A stretch of 62,782 nucleotides of DNA, filler included, from Kipferlia bialata (taxonomy: Eukaryota): assembly GCA_003568945.1 (NCBI GenBank). It is 7 parts of 7 records of this genome, joined end to end, with 100 filler letters (N's around TTAATTAATTAA, not from the genome) between each part and the next. Parts side by side here need not be neighbours in the genome. Positions count along the whole stretch, not along the records: positions 10,765 to 21,427 come from BDIP01001381.1; positions 21,528 to 32,190 come from BDIP01001382.1; 5 more parts are not named here. The stretch is one strand, 5' to 3'. Both the position numbers and the translations under genes were made by a program. Shown here in pieces: positions 14,017 through 26,152 of this stretch. Positions within the stretch are counted from its first letter, which is position 1. Each line of letters begins with the position of its first letter. The notes beneath the pieces were generated by a model that saw only the letters and a program-made list of their open reading frames with translations, had not been told where the DNA came from and did no database searches.

Positions 14017-14309
14017 GTGGTGTAGGGCGTTGCCTGTGTTACTGGGTCGTGTCAAGTGTGTTGTGTATGAGTATTTCATAGTTTTGCAGTGTTGTTTAGA
14101 AGAGGGATAGTTATAATAGACCATTGTTCCCCATGATGTCTTGTATTTATGTGTCGACAGTGGGTTCTGTGTTACACGATGGGTTCAATTGCTTCCAAAC
14201 AGCTCTGACAAGTTGACTGAGACAAATCAAAAACATCAAATTAGGGGTTTGTTGCCAATTCATGCCAAGACTGACCTGTCCTTTAGACGGCTAAGACTGT
14301 GTGTGGTGC

Positions 14310-15803
14310 ATGCAGTTTAGCCAGGGTTGGATGGGTCCAGCTGTGGATCAGGGCCAGGCTGGGCGGCAAGTTCAGCCGCACTTTGGCCATGCATACCCCG
14401 GCAATCCCCGGCCTGTGTCCCATGATTTAGGCCAACAGCATGAGTGGCCCCAGGCACCCAGGCAGGCAATGAGGGATCCACGCTCACACCCACACCAGCA
14501 GCCCCAGGCCGTGTCTGGGATGTGGCAGGGAGGGCAGCGGGTATCAGGCAGGGAAAGAGAGGCATATCCCCCTGTGCCTACACAGATGTCACAGATGCCC
14601 CCCTTCCCACCACACACCATGTACGGAGGTGCTCAGTTCCAGTACCCCCAGCAGTATGCGATGCGGTCGTACCCCCAGGGACAGCCCGTGCCCCAGCGTG
14701 TCTATCCCAGCTCAGTGCCAGCTGGATTTGGTCGTGGTTTCACCCCTGTGCCGCAACAGCTTGCCCAGCAGGCCCAGATGGCACAGCTACCCCCCAGATA
14801 CCCATACTCTGGAGACGGCATGCAGCGTCCCACTGGGCGTATGAGCACTGGTCACGGCCAGCCGCAACCCCAGGGGTACATGCCCTATGGGTCTGTTCCT
14901 GCCCCTGCCCCTGTGCGTGCACCCTCACCCCCTGTCCAGGCCAGGCAGGTGGCGGCTCCACAGGCCGCAAGTGACTCTGCCGCTGCCTCCTTTGCGCTGA
15001 ACCTGGCCATGCCGGACTCCACAGGGTATGAGTCCGGCAGGGAGGATGGCATCCTCTCAGCCCGGTCAGGTCACTCTCTCTCCTCTGCCGGGGACTCCTC
15101 GGCCCCAGATGCAGGGTCTCCGGAGCTCATGCTGCCGGACTTTCTATCTATGCCTCCCCCCTCCCTCACCCCATCTCGCGGTAGGGACTATGGGGGGGAC
15201 ACCAAGGGTGAGACACCCAGTGCTTTCTACAACCCATTTGATGGGCGCCCTAGGGCTGGCTCAGAGATTGTGCGCTCCTCTGAGCCCATGTATGGTGATG
15301 GCACTGGTTCTGGCGGGTCAGACTTCTCCCTGGACCTCTCCCTGCCCTCCATCTTCTCAGGGTCTATCTCCCAGCCTGGATCGAGTAGGGGACAGAAGCA
15401 GAGGTCGGTCAGAGACACACACCCTGCCCCCTTCGCCTCTGCCAGGGGCACCCGTCCCCCTCCTCAGGCAGGTGCTACTGTCGTGGGAGGAGAACAGGGT
15501 GCTAGGCGTGCGTCGGACTCCATGCATGTGCCGTATACCCATGGTCTTTCTCAGGAGGCCATGAGGCCCTGTCTCAAGGAGGGTGTGTATAGCACCCTGG
15601 ATGATGCCCAGGAGGAAGACCAACCTGCCGATCTAGACACAGGGGAGGACCCTCAGGTGTCCTCTCCTCTTGCAGTGGACACCGTTCCAGTTGTTCCTAA
15701 TTGTGGCTCTGGTGGGTCTCACTCCAAGGCCTCGGAGGCAGAGACTGATCTTCCCCTTCTAAAGTGGATCAGATGGGCCAGGGAAGGACCAGGAGAGAAG
15801 TGA
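14310..15803 (+). CDS. Long-exon Gln/Pro/Gly- then Ser-rich low-complexity protein
   Basis: About 497 open codons from ATG 14310, GC3-rich, looks disordered. A possible GT donor at the 3' end could extend it. Confidence 0.65.
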   Translation: MQFSQGWMGPAVDQGQAGRQVQPHFGHAYPGNPRPVSHDLGQQHEWPQAPRQAMRDPRSHPHQQPQAVSGMWQGGQRVSGREREAYPPVPTQMSQMPPFPPHTMYGGAQFQYPQQYAMRSYPQGQPVPQRVYPSSVPAGFGRGFTPVPQQLAQQAQMAQLPPRYPYSGDGMQRPTGRMSTGHGQPQPQGYMPYGSVPAPAPVRAPSPPVQARQVAAPQAASDSAAASFALNLAMPDSTGYESGREDGILSARSGHSLSSAGDSSAPDAGSPELMLPDFLSMPPPSLTPSRGRDYGGDTKGETPSAFYNPFDGRPRAGSEIVRSSEPMYGDGTGSGGSDFSLDLSLPSIFSGSISQPGSSRGQKQRSVRDTHPAPFASARGTRPPPQAGATVVGGEQGARRASDSMHVPYTHGLSQEAMRPCLKEGVYSTLDDAQEEDQPADLDTGEDPQVSSPLAVDTVPVVPNCGSGGSHSKASEAETDLPLLKWIRWAREGPGEK

Positions 15804-16245
15804 GATCGTTTCTCCACGTGTAAATGTATTGTATTTATCTTGAGTCGTGGACTCATGGACTGTGTTCCACATATTGGATTGCATACTACCACCCCTATCA
15901 TCGGCCTTGGAACAACACTCTCGCAAACAATTCATTTCTTAGAATAGTCCTCGAATCAGAACCCGAAGGATTGGCGTCATCTTTATATATGCCCCCACAG
16001 CCTATCATCACAGAGCCAAACATTGAGAAAGTCACATAGACCTAATCGAGTCTCAAAAACCAAGGTTCCTGTGAGGGTCCAGGTCAGTAAAATGATGGTT
16101 TCATCCAGTTGCAAAGAAATTGCATTTGACATCCAGCGTTCGCTTTTATTGAAACCGGAGAAACCGGAGGAAATGGAGATTAATCCGAATCTGGAGGCCG
16201 AAACCTCAAGGATCGACGAACTCTCCTCGTATCCGCTAGCCCGAA

Positions 16246-16855
16246 ATGACTCACTCATACGGGTATGTGGAGCCTGTTGCCGTAGTAGAGGGTTGTGTGT
16301 AGTGGGGGGTGCTTTGGTTGGGTTTTGCAGGGCCATTTGGTGGTGTTTGGAGGGTATTTAGTGTTTATGGTCTCCCTTTCCCCTTATAACCCCAGATACC
16401 GCGCCAAGACCCGCCACACCTTCTCCCAGGACTTCCGCAAGAAGGGAACCATCGCTCTCTCCAAGTACCTGACCACCTACAAGAGGGGTGATTACGTAGA
16501 CATCAAGATGAACGGAGCTCAGCAGAAGGGTATGGCTTACAGGTTCTACCACGGACGCACCGGTGTTGTGTTCAACGTCTCTCCCTCCTCCGTGGGTGTT
16601 GAGATGAACAAGCGTGTTGGCGGCAGGATCATGAAGAAGAGGATCCATGTGCGTGTCGAGCACGTGAAGCCCTCCAACTGCAAGAAGCAGCACATCCAGC
16701 GTGTCCTTGACAACGCTGCCGCTAAGGTTGAGGCTAGGGCCACCGGCATCAAGACTGTGTGCAAGCGCACCGTCGGAACCCCCCGCCCCGCTCACATCGT
16801 GAAGGCCCCCAAGATCACTGACGTCACCCCCGTCAAGTTCCACCTCATTGTGTAA
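16246..16855 (+). CDS. RPL21: 60S ribosomal protein L21 (eL21), exons 16246-16262 and 16396-16855
   Basis: Splicing GG|GTATGT...CCCCAG|A gives MTHSYGYRAKTRHTF...YKRGDYVDIK...QKGMAYRFYHGRTGVV...KRIHVRVEHVKPS, the typical eL21 pattern. TAA stop followed by AATAAA at 16861. Confidence 0.97.
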
Positions 16856-17066
16856 GTATCAATAAAGCGCTGATCTTTGGTTGTTCGCTTTCAGTGGAAG
16901 TGTGTTGTGAGGAATGGGGATCCCAGTGTGATGTGTTGTTGCAATCTTTGAATAGAGTCATGGTATAGGCCTCTGGTGTCATTGTTTCATTTGTTGTGGG
17001 GATATCTATCATATGATCTCTGCACACTAACCATATAACACATTTATAGAGTCTCTGCACGCTTAT

Positions 17067-18999
17067 CTACCGCGTCCGCTTGGCAGCGGGAGCCTGTCCC
17101 TCCTCAGCGCTCACCTTGGCGTAGTAGGCAGTGTAGGCATCCTGGTCCTGCTGGGACAGACCCATGTACCACCTCTCCCACACTGCCTCATCCATGGTGT
17201 GGGGAACAGTCTCGGCAACCCTCTTGCCACGGGCCAGTTGGCTCTCAGGCTCTGCAGCGGCAGGGGCGGGAGGAGCCGGGCGGGCACCAGGGGCCATGGC
17301 GCCTGGGGCTCCAGGACCAGACATAGCGCCCGGGGCTGCAGGACCAGCCCTAGCTGGAGGGGCAGGGCCAACCTGGCGGGGAGGAGCGCCTGGGGCGGCT
17401 CCAAGGGAAGCACCGGGGGCCACACCGGGGGCCATAGGCTGGGCACTCCCTGGGGCACGGGGGCCAGGTCTGGGAGGGGGGGCGCCTGGCGTAAGTGGAT
17501 CATATACAGTAACACTATTAGACGTCAGACTATACTAACCTGGGGCTCCCTGGCCTGGTGCTCCAAAGGCACCGTACTGCTGCTGCTGCTGCATGTGCAT
17601 CTGCTGCATCTGCTGCTGCTGCTGTTGGAGCTGCTGCTGCTGCTGGAGCTGGGCCTGCTGCTGCTGCTGGGCCTGGTTGCCACGGGGGGGCACTGAGGTG
17701 AGGGACAGGAGTGTACGGCAATATAAGACGAGTCGGTAGTAATATCACTTTCACTCACTTGGCCTTCCAGTGGCCATGTAGAACTGCTCCCTCACACAGT
17801 TCACCAGGTCCCTGCCGTACTTCTCAGCCTGGGAGTAAGACAACGTAGTACTAAATACATCCATTGGGTGTGGGACTATGTTAGTCCACTCTCAATGTAT
17901 ATATCTCTGTATCTCTGACCCACCTTGTGGACAGCCACTGGGTCAGCACCCTGGAGGTACACGTGGAGGGGGAGCATGTCGTCCTGGGAGTTGTTGGTCT
18001 GCTTGGCACCCTGGCCACGCACATTGCACCTGCAGCCTGGGGGTAAGGAGAGTGCACGGGTTGGAACATTAAAGAGTGTGTGTGAGAGAGAGAGACTTGC
18101 CGATACAAGAGTCCTTGCACGTACCTGTCTTCTGCTCGATCCACTTCACGTTGCTGCCTCCAGTTCCGACTAGGCGGGAGATCATCTTGAAGTTGCCGGG
18201 GTTGTCAATCTTCATGAAGAGACGGATGGTCCTGGTTCCAGTGCCTGGGAGTCAGACACAGTAGATGAGGTACTCGAGCAGAACACAGACACATACCTGC
18301 AGCGAAAGCTGGGGTGCCGGTGGGCCTTGGGCCCCTTGGCTGAAGGTGTTCGGGGAGCTGACCAGTCTCCTTGATGCTCCTGTGGTGAGGAGATGACAAA
18401 CACTAATATACTCATGAACAAGACTCAGGAGAGTAACACAACATACCTGAGGATCTCGACAGCGGCTGCCATCTTCTCCTCGGAGTCGGCAGTCAGGAAC
18501 AGGTGCAGACTGCGCTTGCCCTCTGATGGTAAGAGCAGATGGACAATCTCAGTTTCTTGGTATCACTCTCAGATCACACATCACTGTCAGACTCAAATAT
18601 GACAACTCACCCTCAAGCATGGACTCGTCCTGGACATACTCTCCACGGATGGTGATGCTGGTGCCTGGGATAAGAATGCCGCTACCGACATCAATACATC
18701 TGAATAACACACACTGGTCTTTGGTACCGGTACCGCTGACAGAAAACAAAATATTGCAGCCCGACTCTAAAACCACCATCAGCCCCATCCTCCATCCAAG
18801 AAGGTTGATATACATGAATAAATGAAGCAGATTCACAAAGACACCACCTAATAGGGTGACATGGTATATGAGTGACATATACAAAACACTCACCGGAGTG
18901 GCGCAGAACGGCGTTCTGGTTGGTCTTGGCGCACAGCTCAGCACGGTACTGCTCGTTGTTGATGGGCAGCTCTCGCTGGATAATGAGGTTCTCTGCCAT
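17067..18999 (-). CDS. KHDC4: KHDC4/BLOM7/RIK-like two-KH-domain RNA-binding protein with polyQ and Pro/Gly/Ala tail
   Basis: Spliced ELPINNEQYRAELC...SITIRGEY...RSLHLFLTADSEEKMAAAVEIL, then FKMISRLVGTGGSNVKWIEQKTGCRCNVRGQG...PLHVYLQG...KYGRDLVNCVREQF. Matches the KHDC4/RIK two-KH layout from memory. Confidence 0.72.
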
Positions 19000-19346
19000 C
19001 ACTATACCTGCTTAGAGAGTCCCCTGTAAGATCGTGAGATCGCTTCTACACCCCTTTGCGAAAAACACTATCATGCGTTCAAGCCGACCTGCTGATAAGG
19101 CCTTTGGACTGACACCATTGTTAGCCTGAGAATGCTATAATCCACAATGAAAATGAAACTACACTGGTACAATTTACTCACTTGACTACACACAACGGAC
19201 AACACAACACGAAAACACCAGATCAGATCACAACCCAACACACGGCTGCCACCCACCAGTGGCTAAGTAAACCCACTTTGACAGAAATACACAACACAGC
19301 ACCGTCACACTCAGTCTCCGAGTAATAACCAACGGAGCACCCGCAA

Positions 19347-21346
19347 TCATAAGAACTCGTGGTGCCCCTGGGCCTGATGCCCGTCCTCCTGGGGCCCGTG
19401 CTTCTTCTTGAGGTCCAGGGTGGCCAGCTGCTGCAGGGCGTCGTGCTCGAAGGAGGAGATCTCGTGGAGGAGCTGGGCGTCCAGCATGCTGCTCGGCTCG
19501 GACAGACACAACCGGGGGGAGGAGAGGTTGGACTTGAGCCCGCTGCTCGTCGTGTTGGGCACAATACCCACCACGGGAGGGGGGGAGGTCGACCTCTTCG
19601 TCCCTGTGATGGGGGCGGTCTGGGCAGTCTCGGTCGAGCTGGGGTGGGAGCTGGTCTCCTTGGGATGGGGCGGGTCGGAGAAGGTGGGTAGAGCCGTGCC
19701 CTGGCGCCGATCAGCAGCGAGGACAGGGGAGCCGGCCTCGGACTGACGGGCGCTGGAGCGCGCTGAGGCCGAGCCTCGCTGGGGCTGCTCGGGGGAGGAG
19801 TGGGCGGAGGAGTGGGCGGGGGGCTGGAGGGAGATGGATCCGGCGGGGTGGGGCTTGGGCCTGTCGCCAGAGTCGGAGGGAGAAGACTCGGAAGGTGAGT
19901 CGGGGGTTGTGGCGGTCAGGCCACTATAATACACGTCAACGGCAGCAGGGGGCTCCAGGTCTCTTCCCTGGGCGGCACCCTGCCCCTGAGGCTCACTCTG
20001 GAGGTCTGCGGCCAGCCTCTCGACCTGGCCCTCGGCCTCTCGCAGCGCCTCTCTCTCTCTCTGCCTCTCCCTCTCCACAATCTCTATGGGGGGTGAGGAC
20101 GAGGTGCCCCTGTCGACACTCTTGACAGAGGACGCACCCACACCGGTGCTGGCCTTGTCGGCGTCGGTGTCGGTGGCGCTGTCGGCAACGGCAACGTCCT
20201 TGACAGAGACAGGCTCGGGGGCGGGGTCAGCCTTGGTCTCGACAGCCACAGACACAGAGACAGGCACACCCTCATCACCCTCAGGGGCGGACACAACCTC
20301 CTTGACGTCAGGTAACACCTGTGAAGGGGCCTCCCCCTCACCAGGGGGCAGGGACCCACTCCTGTCGCCCTCCCCCTCCCCCTCTGGGTACCTAGAGGCC
20401 TCTCGGCTCCCGGACTGGTACCTCTTGTAGCTGGGGTGGGCTGTGAGCTGCTGCGTCATCTCATGCCGGATGCGCCTCTCCAGAAGGACGGGGAAGCCAA
20501 ACTCGGTCGACATCTCTGTGACAACCTCCTCGATGGTGTCACAGTCAAAAGTGAAGGGGAACGCAATGACCTGGGGGTGAGGGGGGGAGGAAGAGAAGAA
20601 GTAGGAACGCATAAATATAATATATAGAGAGAGAGAGATAGAGAGAGAGTATTACCCACCTGCTGGTCCTCTCCCATCTCGGGTGATATCAGCACCAGCT
20701 GGAAGTTGATGAAGGTGTCGTCTCCGCTGTCAATGGTGAGCTGGATACCAGTCTCATCGCTGAGAGTCTGGGTGGTAGTGTCGTCCTCGTGGCCCAGGGG
20801 GGCAGCGTCCACAACCTCAACCTCGGCAGGGGGGGTGGGTGTCTCAACCTCGACGGGGTAGTGCCTGTCCCCCCCCATGTCCTGCTGGAAGTGCCCATCC
20901 ACAATCTCAGTCCCTAGGGAGGCCGACCGCTCTATCCGGATCTCTCTCTCCACAGCCTCCACGTCGCTCTCCCCCGCGACACCAGACTGGTACTCAATCA
21001 CCACACCCCCGTCCCTGGGCACGGACACCCCCCGCACAAAGTGGGTGTCGGGGACAGGGACAGAGACCCCCTCGGCGTCGGCCTGGTCCCGTTCCCGGAT
21101 GGACCTCTCCCGCATGTCCATCCTCTGGAGGCCCATCGACATGCTCATGTTGTGGGCCATACTCTGCATATGCCGCTCCTGCCTCTCCTGCCTGGCACTC
21201 TCCTCCCTCTCCTCTCTCTCCCTCTCCTCTCTTTCCCGCTGCCTGTCCTCGTCCACCTGGCGCTTGGCCTCGGCCTCCCTGATGTCCAGCTTGGGCTCGT
21301 CCTTGGGAGACACAGACCCCCCCTCCTCAGGCGCAAGGGTTGCAAC
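19347..21346 (-). CDS. C-terminal part of a probable WNK-family kinase (CCT-like domain); kinase domain off contig
   Basis: Exons 20660-21346 and 19347-20570 give FINFQLVLISPEMGEDQQ|VIAFPFTFDCDTIEEVVTEMSTEF, resembling the WNK I-x-F-P-F-x-x-x-x-D-T...EM motif, followed by a disordered region and a terminal helix. Confidence 0.55.
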
Positions 21347-21427
21347 CTGGGGGTGAGTCAGCGCACCAAGACATAAACACAATAAGAGGGGGGGGGGGGG
21401 GAAAAAACTTGGGGGCCGGGGGTAAAG

Positions 21428-21527
21428 NNNNNNNNNNNNNNNNNNNNNNNNNNNNNNNNNNNNNNNNNNNNTTAATTAATTAANNNNNNNNNNNNNNNNN
21501 NNNNNNNNNNNNNNNNNNNNNNNNNNN
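21428..21527. other. Artificial contig spacer
   Basis: N44-TTAATTAATTAA-N44. Confidence 0.99.
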
Positions 21528-22023
21528 GGCTCCCTCTTGACAGGGACTAGGCCAGTGTCCATGTCACCTTGCGGCATACTACTCCAACTCTCCTGGCGCG
21601 TCTCTCTCTGTTACCCCTCACCCTGATACGAGTGTGTGTACGTGTGACTGGCACTGATTGCTGTCAGTGTACCTTATGCTACCTGTGGTATGAAGGAGTG
21701 TGTCTCCTCGTGACACCATCTCCATGGTGACATGGACTGTTGACAGGTGGTCGAAGTAAGTATTCTCAACTTTCAAGTCACTTGTCGCACAATCGATTAC
21801 AGGGGCTTGTTTCTCCGTACTCAGGGTCGGGACCTGATAAATTGATGTAGGTAACTGATATTGGTTACCGATGTGTCTTTCGGATTGAGTCAGTTAGGTG
21901 GAATCTATTGCAAAACCAATGAAACGTCCCAGCAAACGTCTGCTGCACACCGATGATCAACTCTTCTCCATGAGTCTCCATCGAAAAGAGTGATCTCTCA
22001 ACGAGAGTGAGAGAGTCGACGAT

Positions 22024-25000
22024 ATGACTGAGGTGAGCTCAGTGCATCCTATTACCGCACCAGAGCTGGTGACATGCTGTCAGCAAGTGCTCAATGTCCC
22101 CCCCTCCCTATGTTCCAACCCCTCATCACCTCACATCCAATGATCTTCACACCCGTCCTCCCCCCCCCCCCACTATTTCACGTTTGCACACTTCCCCCTT
22201 AGTACCCGTGGTTGATTCTTATGTTTATCCCCCTCTCAAGCCCATGACCTTTCACCACTCTAACCCCTCTCCCTCCAGATTATAGCATCTCCTGTCTCTG
22301 TGGAGAATGACAGTGCCACTGTGAAGGTAGTATTAGAACTATCTCTCTCTCCTCCCTCTCTTCCCCAGAATAGGCATCGTTCCACCTCTTCTTAATATAT
22401 ACGGTTATATACCTTGTCAATCTTCTGCCCGACTCCACTTTCTCTCTCCATGATATTGGCACCTCTCTCTCTCTCTCTCTCTCTCTGTTTCCCTCCCTGT
22501 ATCACTAGTGTATCCGTATCTCTCCTTCCATCCAGGTTACGCCTCTTACAGTACCCGGACTGTACATGAAGCCCTACAGCAGGTGGGTGGACGTCATTCC
22601 TATCTACTGCTTCAGTGGTCTCCATTCTTTCCTTCTCTCCCCCCCCTCCCCCCCTCCCCCCCCCCTCTGCCTCTTCTTTGTCTCCGTTCTTCCCATACTT
22701 ACCCCAGGTGTGTCCGTATCAGTCCCAATCAGGTGAGAGCGAACAACATGCATACTCAGTTTTCCATACTTAACGGGATGCAGTACTCTCTCACATTCAG
22801 GTGTTCCTAATGGGTATTGGAGCAGGAGCACCAAGACCTAGGAACCGCAGAGGTGAGTGAGGCTGTCTCTACCTATATAATATATTATCTCTTCAATACA
22901 GAACACTTACTCTGCATTCTCCTGTCATGGACCGAACCATTACCAATGTAGTTAGGCGTGTCACACACTCTTGTGTACTAGTTGTGTATATTATATGTTC
23001 AATTTGAGATTGATATCTAGACCTAACTGTCAGCAGCACGTGTCCAGCATGAGAAGCCAGTCTGTATGATTGCCACAATTGCCGAGGATGGGACGGTGTC
23101 CACTGCTCCTGTTCCCTCAGACCTTCCACGGGAGAGTGAGGCTGTGTGTCTGGGAGGCAAGGTATGATAAGTGTATGTATGCAATAGTGTTCGGGATATG
23201 TGACTATATAGTATATATTAGTATATATTATGTATTAGTGTGTATGGCATCTGATAGAGTGGCACACACGGAAAGGGCAATCATCTACCATGTATATATG
23301 CCGTCACGTCATCCGTGTGTACGGATGGTATGTATTCATCAGTCAGATGTGTAATACTTCTTGCAGATACGACACACATTTGGTGTTTACCTGTATACAC
23401 CTGTAAGTATCTGAGTATGACAGGACTATATGGGTCTATTCTGGCTCTCATATATTGGAGTGTGTTTATCATACTCACAGATAGGTATATGTGTACTCCA
23501 TCAGTGACGATGACGACTCGACACGCTTTGTGGAGTTATCTCTTGACACTCTGGAGTGGAAGGACATCACTGGAAAGGTAAGGACTATGTGAATATCTTG
23601 CAGACAGTCAATCCACACCAAGACAAAGCAGACCCTGCCCTGAGCTCTTCATTGCTCTCACTTCTCTCTCCCCTCCTCTATTTTTACGCAGGATTGCCCT
23701 CAGCACACCTACTACTATGATAGCATCCCGTCTACCCCGAGGCTAGTGGGGGTATCAGACACGGAGGTTGGTATCTCGGCTCAAAACCCTGTAGCAATGA
23801 CAGTGATACATGCTATTCCACAGTACATGAAACTTGTCTCCTCGATATATAATATCTCACTTAAAGGATCCTTGTCCTCTTTGTATCACTCTTCCTCTCT
23901 CTCTTTGTATCCCTCACTTTTGGGCTTGTCTTCTGACCATTTTGAACACCTCATTGCGTTCTCTGTCCTTTCTCCTCATCTTGCACTCTGACACTCAGTT
24001 GCTCCTCCTGTCTTGTCCACGGTCAGATGACTCATGTCAAGTACATGACATTATCAAGACATGGGTGTACGACTGTGTTGGTAACACCTGGGAGGTAATG
24101 CACGTGTACTATAAGCTTTATACACACCTGTCATCCGTGGTACTGAGACCTGGGATAACGGCAGTCATAAATGTATGGGACTCGGTCTCTCTTCGATGCA
24201 TACACTGTTTTTCTATTCCTCTCCCCAACACCGTTACACCGTTACACCCTAACCTCAGAGATGCGCTGATGGGCCTAGGACCCCTGACCTGTCAGACGAC
24301 TGTGACCAGTGGGACTACAGTGCAGCCATGGTGGGAAGGTCAGGCTACCCTAGAGCACACAGTACTATACTCTATATGTCAACGCTTTCCACTCACTATT
24401 AGCCGTGTCCACGTGGTCTCTAGTGTGTTTGGTGGCGGATCAAACAGCTCTCACTGTGCCTTCTCCCTCCCATCTTCTGGGTGTCCCGGTGGTAAGTAAT
24501 TCTCTCTCTCATCCCTGTCTCTGACACTGATAGAATATGTCACTCTCTTGCATATATTACTTACACCGCATGCATCTACACGTTCTGTATCCCTGTGGTC
24601 CCCTCTAACCGTAGGCCACTGGGACAGGATGACTCTGGCAGGAGACTCCCTCTGCGGTCACCTCCAGGTATACTGCATATACCTTGGATATACCAGTTGT
24701 GTATTATCTCCCTATACCCTCTCATCTCAGAGCCTAGGGAGTGGCCTTGGACTGAGTTTCCACCAGACTTTTGTCGACTGCTATGACGCTGTCAGGTATA
24801 TGATACATGTAAATCATAAGCATGTGAGGTGCCTTACTATTCTTCTATTGCCAATATCCAAGTGTAACCTCGAGCATTGTGAGACCGTATTCCCATCCTT
24901 ACTCTCCACATACATCTAGTCGTCATATCACCTTCTGACCCTAGGCACACCTGGAGCCCTGTGTTGGGAGACCTCGACAGAGAGGGGCGGACCAAAGACT

Positions 25001-25746
25001 GTCAGGATTTCTGTACGTATATTCATATCATCCGTTAAGACCACGTATATATGTGTCCTGGTAGCTTCTGATATTCTGTCATATTATAGTGCACAGTATA
25101 ATTATTTCTCAGTGCAAATGTTCAGTGTACTCCGTGTGGTATCCCATTATATATGAGATTGGAAACGTACTCTCGTTGTAAGTAAATGCTTGTCTCACCT
25201 CTCAGGTTACCTGGACGGCTATGCCACGTTCACGTCATGTGCATTGGACGCAGGTGCGCTCTCTCTTACATTCTTCTTCTCCAACTTCGTCAGCACGTTT
25301 AGTGCATCAGTGGTAGTATGGCGGGTTGGATCTGGATTCCCTTGCTTTCAAACACTACCACAGTACTCCACCAGTGTTGTTTGGTTGGCCACACAATTCC
25401 TCTCCTCTGATGTCAGAGACTGTCTTTGTGGCGTGCTCCTCGCACCACTGGTGGGTCGAACAGAGTGACAAGCTCGTCACTGGGGCATACCTGGTCACAG
25501 TAGGTGCAGAGTGGATATATCTGATGTGGTACCATGTGTATACTATCCGTTCCCTCAATAACCCACATGTCGTGTTCGCTCGTGCCCTCTTATATAATAG
25601 TACCACTCTAGATAGGGCTGCTGTCACACTTCACCCCCCTCTGATGGTGCCCTCTCACACCAGACAGGGATGCTGCCCGTGAGATGTGCACCACTGTGCC
25701 AGACCAGGTGACAGAGGTGTATGAGAGGTCAGACGAGGATGAATAG
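22024..25746 (+). CDS. Multi-exon divergent Kelch-type beta-propeller protein
   Basis: Exon peptides FVELSLDTLEWKDITGK, KTWVYDCVGNTWE, VFGGGSNSS, FVDCYDAV..TWSPV, WVEQSDKL. Last exon ends ERSDEDE* at 25746; start uncertain. Confidence 0.55.
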
Positions 25747-26152
25747 TCCATCTAGACAATGACTAGATCTAATGCATACAGTCATCCTGCAAGAATAATA
25801 GATGTACTCGAAATGGATCATCATTCGATACCAGTGGCTCTACTCTACGATTCGCCAGTAAGAAGAATGTAACAATATGCCTACTATTGACAATCTATTG
25901 ATGGGTCTGAGATGCTGTTGTTAGACATCATCCCCCAAGAATCGGACACCGCACATGCATCTTCCAATCCCTTTCTAGACATCAGTGTACCGAAGTACCT
26001 ACTGCCGACACTACATTCCGTGCCCCCTCGTAATGTGAGTTCTAGTTAAGACGCCATGTCTTGACAACCATATGTACCCCTGGGTATTGGAACATCATGA
26101 GACCATGACACACGTAGAAGCATCACAAACTAACCACAAGGTGAATTCAACT

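Noticed and set aside
16295..16395. ORF-track N-terminal extension of RPL21, and the antisense ORF 16358-16843
   Set aside because: The extension is intron sequence (true start 16246); the antisense ORF is a GC3 shadow.
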